A stretch of DNA of 64,000 nucleotides, taken from Antedon mediterranea (Eukaryota; Animalia; Echinodermata). The notes beneath the pieces were generated by a model. It was not told the origin of the DNA and made no database searches. It saw only the letters and a list, made by a program, of their open reading frames with translations. Shown in pieces: positions 12,201-23,324 of this stretch. How positions within the stretch are numbered: position 1 is the stretch's first letter; the number at the start of each line of letters is the position of its first letter. The translations under genes and the position numbers were made by a program. The DNA is taken from contig NC_092679.1 in NCBI RefSeq assembly GCF_964355755.1, positions 17,219,432 through 17,283,431 on the forward strand, in the 5' to 3' direction.

Positions 12201-15200
12201 AAACCTTGGCTTGCGAGAAGAAATGAATTGGGAGCATGCGAGACACTAATGAGAGAGTTAAGAACGGAAGACAGAAAAGGGTTTGAGAATTATATACGAA
12301 TGGATCACATACTATTTGATCACTTATTGAAACTTGTGGGGCCTACTATTAGTAGGAAGGACACAGTCTTTCGGGAAGCAATCCCAGCACACCATCGTTT
12401 AAGTGTAACTTTGAGGTTCCTGGCCACTGGTAAGTATTAATTTTATTATAAAATAGTAATAATGGCCAATCCTCTACTTCAGTTTAATCTGTTACCTGGC
12501 GTAGTTGCTTCATTGTATAACTTTTAGTACTTTACATTAATATTTTATTTCAGGAGAATCTTACACAAGCTTGGCCTATCAACATCGCATTTCTAAGCAG
12601 TCTATCAGCAAGTTGATACCTGAAGTATGCGAGGCAATATATGACAGCCTAAAAGATGAGTACATGAAGGTAAGCCATCGCTTTCAAAAAAACTGTCAAA
12701 CACATTAAAAAATATCTACTTTCTCAATACTGTATGATAAAGTCATCATGGTAGTACAATAAAACAGAACACCTATAATGTGCAAAAACACTTTATTGAC
12801 GCATTCCATAAAAATAACATTTTTATCAATTTATTGCACTCCACCCTTACCTGTTCTCATTAAATACTTTAAAATAAAATTAATAATTAAGAAGTCGAAT
12901 TTGTTAAAGACACTTTCACTGCAACTTATATTTAAAAACTTATTTAAAAACCTTAAACCAGATCATTTCCTTTACGATATCACACCAAGTGGGTGTATCA
13001 CAGAAGCAAAACAAAGATATCTATCTACGCGCAATGCATGCTTGTATTTATAGCAGACTATTAAAATCAACTTATTTTTCAAATTTTGTAATAGGCTCAT
13101 ATTGTATTTTTTAACAAAAACCCCATATTCTGACAGACAAATTGACTATTTTTTGCTTTAAATTACAGTTTTTTCAGGTAAAACACTTTTTTTGGCCAAA
13201 GGGAATAACTATTATGTAATATTAAAATGGCATGGGGACAATATATCTTTAAAATTAGATTAAAAAAATTTAGTAAAAAGTGTCTTTAATTTATTATATT
13301 AGTCTTCGGATTGACAAATAATTTCCTGAATTTTTAATTTAATTAGGTTAATTTTTTTGCGATCTCCAATTCTCTTAAGTTCAGCGGCCACATAGCTTCC
13401 AAAACGTTCTTCTGGACCATTATTATCAGCTGACAGCAAGACTTGAAGTGATTTATTTATTAGTTCATCATCTTGATTTGACCTTTTTTCTTTTTTGGAT
13501 TTTTTTAATGGAGGGGGAATTGCTGAAACTGGTGGTAGGAGGGACAATTCTGGTAGAGAGGGAAGTTCTGATAGAGGGAGAAATTCTGATAGAGGGGGAA
13601 ATTCTTGTAGAGGGGGAAATTCTTGTAGAGGGGAATCTGAATTAAGTTGTTCCTGGCTTGGCTCTGAGATACATGGGTTCATCTAAAAATAAAATATATT
13701 AATAATAATACATTCTGTATACATTTTAATTTTAATCTTTTTTTAGACTCCATCAACACAAGATGAGTGGAGAAAAGTTTCCAATGACTATTTCCAAAAA
13801 TGGCAGTTTCCCAATTGTATTGGGTCCATCGATGGAAAGCATATCACTATGCAGTGTCCTCCCAAGTCTGGTTCATTCTATTATAATTACAAGGGGACCC
13901 ACTCTATCGTCTTGATGGCATTAGTGGATGCTAACTATAGATTTCTATACATTGATGTTGGATGCAACGGAAGGATAAGTGATGGCGGTGTGCTGCGAAA
14001 TTCAACGCTTTGGCAGGCACTGACATCGGAAAGCAACATGCTAAATATTCCAGAACCTTGCAAGTTGCCAGGATCTGACATAGTAACACCTCATGTCATA
14101 CTTGCCGATGATGCCTTTCCTCTACACAGGAACATCATGAAGCCATACCCTCAAAGAGGATTATCAAGGGAGAAGAGAGCCTACAATTACAGGTTAAGCC
14201 GGGGCCGCCGAGTAGTAGAGAATGTATTTGGACATCTTGCTAACCGATTCAGAATCTTTCACTCTAAAATAATGCTAGTCCCGTCTAATTGCCAGAAGGT
14301 TGTGCTATGCACATGTGTGCTGCACAATTACTTAAGGGCAAATGGGGAGGAAATGTCAGCGGAAGCAGTATCAAAGCTTCAGAACTTAGATAGTCAAGGC
14401 AGCAATAATAGTACATCAATTGCTAAAGATATTAGAGAACAATTTTGTCACTATGTAAATGAAGTGCAACCTCTTCCATGGCAATATAATTGACCATTAA
14501 AAACTTTAAGGACCAATCTTAACCCTCACCTATAAAAAAAAAACAACTTACAGATGATGTTGATTTTCTTGGAGTTACATGATCTGCCAAGAAGGATAGG
14601 CTTGTAAAAAAGGGCCATCTTGATGTGTAGCAATTTAACGACCCACTCCCACTAGTCTTGCTTTCTTTCTCTTTTCTTTTCTCACACCGATAATATGTCC
14701 GCAGTGCGTTGATTTTGTTTTTTACTTCAGTTTCTGTGAATAAAAAAATGTAATAAATGTGGTAAATATGATGTTATAGTAGGCCTACTATTCATTTATT
14801 TATATATTAGCCTAATTATTAATCATTATTCACATTCATATATTTTCCTTCATACAGTACATACATACTAGATTAAACATTTAATAAACAGGGAATAAAC
14901 ATATGGTCTTACCTAGATAATAAAGTTAAGTCCTTACATACTATATAATAATTTATAGGCCCTACTTATACTAACTAGTAACTAGGCTACTTTCTTGGGC
15001 CTAAAAAAAAGAGGCCTACTCTAGCCTAGTAGTTATTAGGTAAAATTAGGCCTAGGCCTACTCTAATTAATTAAAACATAGGCCCTAAGTCCTTACATGT
15101 TAATAATAATTAATAGGCCCTACTTATAGTATATACTAACTAGGCTACTTTCTTAGGCCTAAAAAAAGAGGCCTACTCTAGTAGTCGTTATTTAGAGTGA

Positions 15201-17950
15201 GTAGTAGTTTAGAAGTAGGAGTAGTAGTTATTATAATAATTAAATTAGGCCTAGCCCAGTATAATAAATAACTATAAATATTATTCACTCATATAATCAT
15301 TCCTAGCTAAGCATACCCTATCTAGTTAGGCCTAGGCTAGCCCTAGTAGACCAAGCCTACTATATAGCCTAGTCTAGGCCCTACCGCCGTATTTCTCCTT
15401 GTTAAAAGAGAGTCTCTAACGCGGGGAATACTGTAACTCTGTAAGTAGGGCCTAGCCTACTAAGTAATACTAGGCCCTAGCTAGGCCTAGCCTAGTTTGT
15501 TGGATTCATAATGGAAAAAAAAAATCAATCTAGGCCTAGCCTAGGCCCTAGCCTAGCTAGCCTAGCTAGGCCTCTAGCCTAGGCTAGGCCTATTACTCCT
15601 GATCAGATTAGGCTAGCCTAGGCCTAGTTGGCGAATGGTCCTGGAGGAATTATTTTAAAATATTTTGAAATAATTCCTCCATGCATGGTAATACGTAGGC
15701 TAGCTAGGCCCTAGGCTAGAGAGTATATAGATAGGCGGCCTAGGCCTAGCTAGTGTTCCGCGTGTGGTGTAGCTTGCGAGAGAGGAGGCAATGCGATGCT
15801 TTATCCCACCACCGCCGTCGGAAGAATAAATTGATATGCGTGCAAGGTCGCAGGTCGAACGTCAAGGGTGGTTGACCTATTTATGGGTCGTCGCGGGGCG
15901 GAGCGTACTCTAGGGACGTACGTGTACTTAGTTACGTAACTAATGTATCGAGAGCTAGGGGCTAAGCCTACTATGCGCTATCTGTATAATGACTAAATAA
16001 AATAGTGTTTACCAGGCATTTCCGGATCAAATTGTTTTCCAATTTGTTGGACAGCTTGCTGTCGTTTGACCCTATCATGGTAGGCCCTGCATTTGGTATC
16101 CCACAAACAGGGGGAACCAAATAGCAGGGAAATAAACTTTTCATTTTCTTCGGTTGACAATCGTCGCGAAGACATTTTTTCAAGAAACAAAAATACGGAG
16201 AGAGCGAGCTCGATTTAATAAATTTGATCAAAAAAATAACACACTGTGATTGGTCAATATAAAAATTTGACAACTTTTTGATAGACTACATCAAAAAAAG
16301 TTGAACATGTTCAACTTTTTTTTATACAATTTGATGATGTGTGGTATGATGTCATCATATCCATATATGGGCACATCAAATTTTTTTGTCACATAAAGTT
16401 TGATGATGTAGACAGAGCTTTACAGCTGATAATGAACTTTGCATCCTCTAACGACGTTTCACCATTTATTACAGGAACCAGAAATTGTTGGAGACTTGGA
16501 AATCAAACTTGCGTATAAAGAGAAAAAGAAACGCTTAAGTGTTGCAATAATAAAGGCCACTGGTTTGCCAGCAAAAGAACATGGAGGTGCACTGGGTGTG
16601 AGGATCCAGATAGCTCTCCTACCAGATAAACTACAGCGGGGAAAGACAAGGATACGCCTGGGACAAGACGTTTTATTCAACGAAGTGTTCCGCTTCACTA
16701 ACTTGACGCCGGCGATGTTGCAGACGTACGCGTTACGGTTTAGGTTATTCGGAAAAGACAAATCCCGTCAGCAGCTTAGGATCATTGGAGAGAAGGTTTT
16801 TGATTTATCTTGCATCGACAAAGATTTGGCCTCACAGCTAATGTGTTTGAAATTAAATGCAAAGAGTGCTATTGTAAGTATATATGTCAGTCTGCCGTAT
16901 CTTTATCTTATAAATCAATTGTATAAGCTTGGTTCCCATGGCACGACGCAAGGAAGTAAGCGCTACGCAAGAAATTTTACTTGATTTGACCAATCCCGAC
17001 ACGATGAATCATCTGGACTGTCGCTTGTTATTGGTGAACTCACTTCTTACGCGTAATCACTTATGCTATTATACGTTTAAAAGCTTGGTTCCCACTAGAG
17101 ACGCAACGCAAACGCAAGGACGTAAACGCAACGCAAGTGAATTTACCAATCACAAGCGATGGCTTATTCGGGTTTGATTGCCAATTGTCTATGTCTATAA
17201 CTTCGCTTGTCATTGGTTAAAACGCTTGCGTTGCGTTTACGTCCTTGCGTTACGTTCTAGTGGGAACCAAGTTTTAAGCGTGGTTTCCAATAGAACGCAA
17301 CGCAACGTAACGCACCGACGTATCGACGCAAAGTGTTGTATTGCGTAATCACAAGTTGGAACCGACGATGCAATAGTGCTGCAAACATCGAAGGTTTGAT
17401 TTCACGCAGGCGGGGGCAAACACAATGATTGAAAGGGCATTTTCTAACGTTGCGTAGGTTGCGTTACGTTACGTCGCTTGGTTTCCACTAGAACGTAACG
17501 CAAGGACGTAGACGCAACGCAAGCGAGGTGACCAATGACAAGCGACAGTTAGAATAACCCATCGCTTGTGATTGGTCAAATTCTCACGTTGCGTTACGTC
17601 GTTATGGTGCGTCTCTAGTGGGAACCTCGCATAAAGAGCTTGGTTCAATTCCCACTAGATTTGATCAATCACAAGCGATGGATTATTCAGTCACTTGTCA
17701 TTGGTCAACTCGCTTGCGTTGCGTCTACGTCATTGTCGTCACATTATTTTCTCTTTTACAGTCTGAACCAGTTCATCCATCGAGAAGATCCTTCTTTAAG
17801 AAGAGAACAGGTTCATTGGATAATGATAACTCATCGTTGAAGATCAATAAAGATCCACGAAAGGCGCGCAAGTTGAGTACAGAGACGATTAAAACAACCG
17901 GGCAAGTAGCAAGTTTGGTGGGCAATAATTTCGGAAAGGGTGTGTTATAA
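9204..17950 (+). CDS. SYT14/16-derived single-C2 protein, paralog 2 (exons 9204..9516, 11735..11820, 16475..16873, 17762..17950; 328 aa)
   Basis: All junctions are GT/AG (phases 1, 0, 0) and the 987-nt frame is open. N-terminus MACLTCC. The C2 exon VGDLEIKLAY...GLPAKEHGGALGVRIQIALLPDKLQRGKTRIR...FNEVFRFT...LRFRLFG closely resembles the C2A exon of the SYT14-like gene. Confidence 0.8.
9628..9746. mobile_element. Small GC-tipped MITE remnant
   Basis: AGGGGCGCG...CCCCC at the left end and AAAAATCCTGGATCCGCCTC at the right end; imperfect terminal inverted repeat. Confidence 0.35.
10538..11655. repeat. Minisatellite of 17-bp unit TCACCAAACTGTAAATG, interspersed with a 13-bp variant TCACCAAACTATA
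   Basis: Direct reading; about 1.1 kb in intron 1 of paralog 2. Confidence 0.95.
12099..14493 (+). CDS. Harbinger (HARBI1-like) DDE transposase (exons 12099..12429, 12554..12669, 13747..14493; 397 aa)
   Basis: GT/AG junctions (phases 1, 0) and an open frame. HTH-like region RLSVTLRFLATGESYTSLAYQHRISKQSIS. Catalytic motifs GSIDGKH, LADDAFPL and RRVVENVFG. Confidence 0.93.
13299..16175 (-). CDS. Harbinger accessory MADF/Myb-SANT-like DNA-binding protein with BESS-like C-terminus (exons 16175..16013, 14733..14552, 13682..13299; 242 aa)
   Basis: GT/AG junctions (phases 1, 0) and an open 729-nt frame. MADF hallmarks PCLWD..Y.DR.KR, VKNKINALRTYY..E and SRWPFFTSLSFL. C-terminal EERFGSYVAAELKRI...IKLKIQEII. 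Confidence 0.88.
14950..15760. repeat. (T)AGGCCTA/CTAG-rich low-complexity region with a ~140-bp direct duplication, in intron 1 of the MADF gene
   Basis: Dense TAGGCCTAG/GCTAG motifs; about 14927..15030 recurs at about 15085..15185. Confidence 0.7.
16926..17735. mobile_element. Cluster of 4-5 tandem or nested MITEs (family H2; TIR AGCTTGGTTCCCACTAG) in intron 3 of paralog 2
   Basis: Complete copy at 17082..17273, followed by TTA and a new copy starting at 17277. Partial copies at 16926 and 17637. ACGCA repeats and CCAATCACAAGCGA core. Confidence 0.85.
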
Positions 17951-18029
17951 GAACAGCATTCTGATGACGTAACACGGGGCATGCAACTGTGTATCACCAC
18001 ATCATACTATACTGGTTATATAGTTATAT

Positions 18030-18345
18030 TTATATAACACCTATATAAATTCCTGTCATTTGATTGGACGAATGTGGGTCACATGGCGTGCAATAGTACG
18101 CACTATTCAACGATCGTTAAATAGTACTTTTTGAAACATTTTTGTGTACGAAAAAAAAACGTCTAGATGTTATATAAAACAAATAATGAATGTTTTGTAT
18201 TCGTGTAATGGTACAAATAATGGCACTTGGTGAATGATGAAAGGTTATATCAACTCGGCTTTGCCTCGTTGATATAACCTTTCATCATTCACCTCGTGCC
18301 ATTATTTGTACCATTGCACTCATAAACATTCATTATTTGTATAAT
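18030..18345. repeat. Interspersed repeat ending in a long hairpin (arms 18179..18254 and 18268..18340)
   Basis: About 75-bp inverted arms with few mismatches around the loop TCGGCTTTGCCTC. Confidence 0.75.
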
Positions 18346-19060
18346 ATTATATACCAATAGGCAGATTATAAACAATACGGTGAATAATATCTTAGATGAT
18401 ATCTTAATAACGAGTTTTAATTTGTCAGATCATGGAGAAATCAGTTAGATTGCCATACCTGCATATTGAACGGTAGAAAACTTATTACTGTACCGTATAC
18501 AAACTATTGAATATAGACCTACTTGACGTAGTATCAATTACAACAATGTATTGCTTATTAGTGTGCACTCAATATCATTAATTCAATATAAATATGTTAT
18601 ACATTAATGTTATTATTTATGTACATTACAATGAATGGCCGAATAGACAATCGAAGTACATTGTTATAGTACATAAACTAAATTTCATAGCGCGTGTTTC
18701 TACGAGCAGGAGAATACGGATTTAAAATACCGTATAAAAAAAACCATGTTTTCTTAATCTTGCCAGCAGAACGACCGATTTTAAAATACGGGTTTAAAAC
18801 CCTCCAATGTTAAACTGCAACGCGATCTTTTTATGAAAACGGTTTGGAAGAAAACTTCTTTCCAATTTTTTCAGCAGAACAGCTGGCCTATAAAACTCAG
18901 AGGGGTTGGTGAATGAAAGAGGTAGAGCTATAATTTAAGTATTTGAGTGGGGAGGGTGGTTGCCAGATCACGCGATGATCAAGATGGCTAAATTCACAGA
19001 TAGCGCGCGAACGATCTTGAATTGTTTACCGATCTGGTGTTAATGGTGGATGAGAGAGGT

Positions 19061-19098
19061 GGGGGGGGGGGGGGGGGGAAGAGGGGGGGGGGGGGTGG
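19061..19098. repeat. Poly-G tract
   Basis: Two long G runs separated by AAGA. Confidence 0.85.
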
Positions 19099-20738
19099 AG
19101 ATTGACATCTTTGATATGTATATAATAACCAATATGATCTTCAAATTTCTCATAGCTATTTAATTATCTAAGTTGTGTAATTTTATAATGGCCAGCTAGA
19201 ATAAAATTATAAATTGTATATATTATTATAAGAATAGAAAAAATCTAAATTGCGAATTATAGCCTTCGGTGTAAAAGGAATTCACAGAAATATTTTATTT
19301 ATATTATCCAGATATTATTCTCAAACTTGCCCTGTTTTTGATATGTGTTATGTGCTTTTATACAGTATGGCATTATCTTATAAATGTTTTTTAGAATTAT
19401 TAGATTGTAAATCTGTTACATTTATCGCCGATATTAAAGGTCGTCTATATCAACCTTCATTTACGGTAACTGGTAATTCGACAGGAACACAAAAATAACA
19501 TGATTTTTAAAATATAGTACAAGAAGGGGCAGTATTTAACATGTTAAAATAGTGTAAACGTATTGTATTTATATTATAGTTTTTATACGGTGTCCCACCA
19601 AATTAAAAACCACGATTTTAAAGATGGTATTTAATTTGATGGAAACCTGTATCGATAAATTCAGGTTAGGCCTATACTATTTTTTTTTGTGATATCAATT
19701 TAATGATGATACAATTTCAATTTATTCTTAATTTTGTATTTTACTTTTGATAAGTCGAATATAAGCAAAAATATATATTGTACATATCAAGGTTGAATTT
19801 GCAAATTTGTTAACAAACCTATCGGTATAAAATAAAGACCCGGATGGTAAAAATTACATTCATTCATTCATTCATTCATATACACATTTATTCAGTTATT
19901 ATATGACAACAACAACTGGGGCCCTCATTGATATATGAATGTTCTTCTTGAAGTCTGTTAAAAAGAAATTGTTAAATTAATTTATTAATCTTGAGAATTA
20001 TAATATTATTACATTAAATGATTATTTCAGATTAACTTCACTCTTCAATATTATAATAAGTGAAGAAAAAATCTCACTCCGATCACACGCCCTCACCACA
20101 CCAACAACTTACGCGTCACAATTTTCTCGGCTTTGCTATATCGATAAAACACGGCTGCGGGTTAAAATCCTTTAGGGAATTATTTGTTAAACCGAGCATT
20201 AGAGTATAATGATGACATTAACATCGTATTCCTCCAATATGTACTATATTATAGCCAAGATCTTTGCTTTTAGTACATGATTCATTCACACTATCGAGAA
20301 AATGGGAAGTAGGCCTCCAGTCTGATTCGAACGATTTACACAATCAATGCGTTACCGATAATCCCTTTGAAATGTGTTAAAAATCAATGTATTTATTCGA
20401 ATTTACTTTAGTTAGGTTTTAGCTTGTTGTCGGCTGGCCAATCGATAATTGAAGAACTACACCCATATTAAGCTTTTTGCTAGCAATTTGAATTTGAAGG
20501 GAAATTGTATGGAAAACCGCGCTCCGTCTAGGAGGATCAAAATAGTGACCGCAATTGAAATTGAATACTAAAACTAACAGGGATACAAAGATCGTTCCCA
20601 ATCAATCAAACTATATCGGTTCAAACATAAATATTCGCAGTAACAATTAAAATACACAATGCAAACAAAGACAGTTATATTTCCCAATAAAAGTTATGAA
20701 CAAAATGATGGTATTCGAGCGTCAGTCTGAAGACTAAA

Positions 20739-20859
20739 AGCTCCGTCTCAAACTAGTTTGACAAAAAGTGTGATGTGCCTAAATGTGGTAGTGATATGTC
20801 CATATATGGGCACATCACATTTGTTGTCACATAAAGTTTGATAGTCACTACACAGAGGT
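20739..20859. mobile_element. Harbinger-derived MITE (family H1), internally deleted
   Basis: AGCTCCGTCT...CATATATGGGCACATCACATTTGTTGTCACATAAAGTTTGATAG matches the right end of the autonomous element. Confidence 0.75.
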
Positions 20860-21237
20860 TTGGAATCATGTCCGCCACGACACCACTACTTGCAGAGTTT
20901 GAATCCATATTAAATGTAGGCCTATGGCGATAGTGATCTCAGCTCATTATAACTTTACAATCATTTGTGACAATCCTATCCCCCTGGAGAGATAAATAAT
21001 TTCAGATCAAACATCGCATCCTCATAAGAATCCATAACACCGTACATACCGTATGTAGTTATAATAATTTAATAAATCGCCACATATTACAAGTTAGAAA
21101 CTGCATATACATATTCAGTGTATTATTATTAATACAGTCATTAATGATACATACTATCTTACTGTACACAGTGAAGCTGTATGTATGAGGCACCTGAATA
21201 AAAAGGAAACGTGGGCTTTGATATAACTACCTTATTA

Positions 21238-21383
21238 AGCCTTGTCTACACTTTCAAAAAAATGTGATATGCCCATATATAGACATGATGTCATACCACG
21301 ACCATATTTGGGTATATCACTACCATATTTGGGTACATCACACTTTTTTTTTGTCAAACTAGTTTGATAGTGTAGACAGAGCT
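21238..21383. mobile_element. Harbinger-derived MITE (family H1) with TTA TSD
   Basis: TTA|AGCCTTGTCTACACT...TTTGATAGTGTAGACAGAGCT|TTA. Confidence 0.85.
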
Positions 21384-21504
21384 TTAGGAAGTACAGTAAC
21401 TGGAAGGTTAACCCTTAAAATATTCACCAATATAATATTACAAAATTCCGTAAGCCAAATTTACTTGAATATTTCTTAACTAGTTTGATTAACTCTTCCC
21501 TGTC

Positions 21505-21675
21505 TATGCTTGGTGGTTGAGATGCTCGGCTACCAAACCCAAAGTCCTGAGTCCAACTCTTGTCAGACGTCAGAACTGTTTGTTCAACCACAAAAGACTA
21601 TTTAAGACTTTCTTTCATCTTGTAATTTGCCACCTTTAATAAGGAGTCAAAAAAAAGCAAATAAATATTAAAAAC
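21505..21675 (+). mobile_element. Degenerate tRNA-derived SINE
   Basis: Head GCTTGGTGGTTGAGATGCTCGGCTACCAAACCCAAAGTCCTGAGTCCAACTC parallels the head at 23818; A-rich tail. Confidence 0.4.
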
Positions 21676-23010
21676 TTTGATTGTAACTCGTTGAATTTAT
21701 GCAAAAAAAACAAACAAATTCTAATTTTAAAATCTATACCTTAAAATCTTTTTAACCAAAACATTATCTACTAACCCAAATATTGACTTTGAATTGAAAG
21801 ATAAAACTTTTTAAAACACTTTTTACAAAACTAAATGAATGTAAAATATAAAGAATATGTATAAAACAATTTTTGGTATAGAATAAACACAAATACAAGT
21901 AATAAAAATAAGTTTAAATATGTAAATAAATTTCTAAATGGTATTTAGAAAACAATGATTTTATAAGTTCCGGGTAAAATATTTTCAAACCATTATATCT
22001 TTCTACGTTATTATATTAATCAATAAATATTTTTGTACAAATTTATAAATACATTTTTAAAAACTGTTTGATCCTATCCATGGTATTAACCAAAAGCTTT
22101 AGTAATTTACTCTAAATTTCTGTTAATACACAAAATGTGTCTGTAACAACTAAACACACATCTTCGCATGATGGTAATAGACGTATATGATTGGTTGCTT
22201 ACAAGCTCCTCAAAACGCTTGTAAAAAACATACCTACTTGCAGTGCTCGTGTAGAAACAACGAAGAGTCCGATGAGCTAGAAGACTTTAAAACAAACCTA
22301 CTGTAAAGCTGCAGTTACTACACACAACGATGAAACAAGTTTCGGAATTGTCAAAAATTTCCCCATTAACGATTGACCGTGATTTTACCGTGTCAGAGAA
22401 AAAGGACACAAAATTATTAAATCCGACCAATCCTTTGCATGTACAATTTGGTTAAAGTCGGATCTTGTGCAAGTACACAACGATGACAATTTTTTATTTT
22501 TTTTTTCCGAACGCTGGCAATGTGCGCGTTTACGTATTTATAAATACGTCAATTTATATGATTGAGGATTGGAAAAAATAAATCATAAAATTTTCAACCG
22601 ACATGCACAACCTGGCTATGTTTATATTGTTAGGTTGTGTGTTCTCATAAACTTACTACTTGCTGTGCATGTAGCAGTAAGTGCTCAACTTATTCCTCAA
22701 TTACTCTCCATCTCAAATTTGTTAAAATATTGGTACACAAACAAATACGAACATTTCCCAATTCTTATACTACAAAACAAAAACAAAATACTGCCTATAT
22801 GAAGAAGGGTGGGAATAGGAAATTGATTTGATAAACTTTCACCTTTGACCTCAAGTGTTAAGTAACAGTTATTGGGTATGAACTATGACCTTCACCATCA
22901 AAGGGTAAAGTATGTTATGGATATTTTAAAGCACATTTTTGGTTGTAGCACATGGCCTTTGAACTTATGGTTCAAGGACACGTTAACTGCATACTTGATG
23001 ACCTTTGACC

Positions 23011-23324
23011 TTATGGTTCAAGAAGGGCGTGCCACCTGCACACTTGATGACCTTTAGAGTCTCGCATCTCATTCCAATGTGCCAACTCTTCCTCGCTGCT
23101 ATTCTGCAGACCCATTGAGAACCAGCCTAAAGTCTCTTTACGCTTCATTGCACGTTTGTTGAAGACTGTGTAGAGTAACGTGACGTCAGGAAGCTGAAAT
23201 TGAGCCACTTGAAAGATGAACGTCTCTTTGAATGTCGGGTTAGGCTGGCCTCGTCGTATCGACGTCTTGCTCTTGGTCATCTCAAACCCACTCGACGACA
23301 TCAGTGACACACGCACATACGAAT
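23011..23324 (-). CDS. SYT14: SYT14-like last exon (C2B, C-terminal part)
   Basis: Acceptor AG at 23326-23325, phase 1; (D)SYVRVSL...HALLEP stop. Confidence 0.93.

Larger units (their letters stand above)
11869..16419 (+). mobile_element. Full-length PIF/Harbinger DNA transposon (4551 bp) in intron 2 of paralog 2
   Basis: Perfect 21-bp TIR AGCTCTGTCTACATCATCAAA, TTA target-site duplication (11866..11868 and 16420..16422), and both a DDE transposase gene and a MADF/Myb-like gene. Confidence 0.95.
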
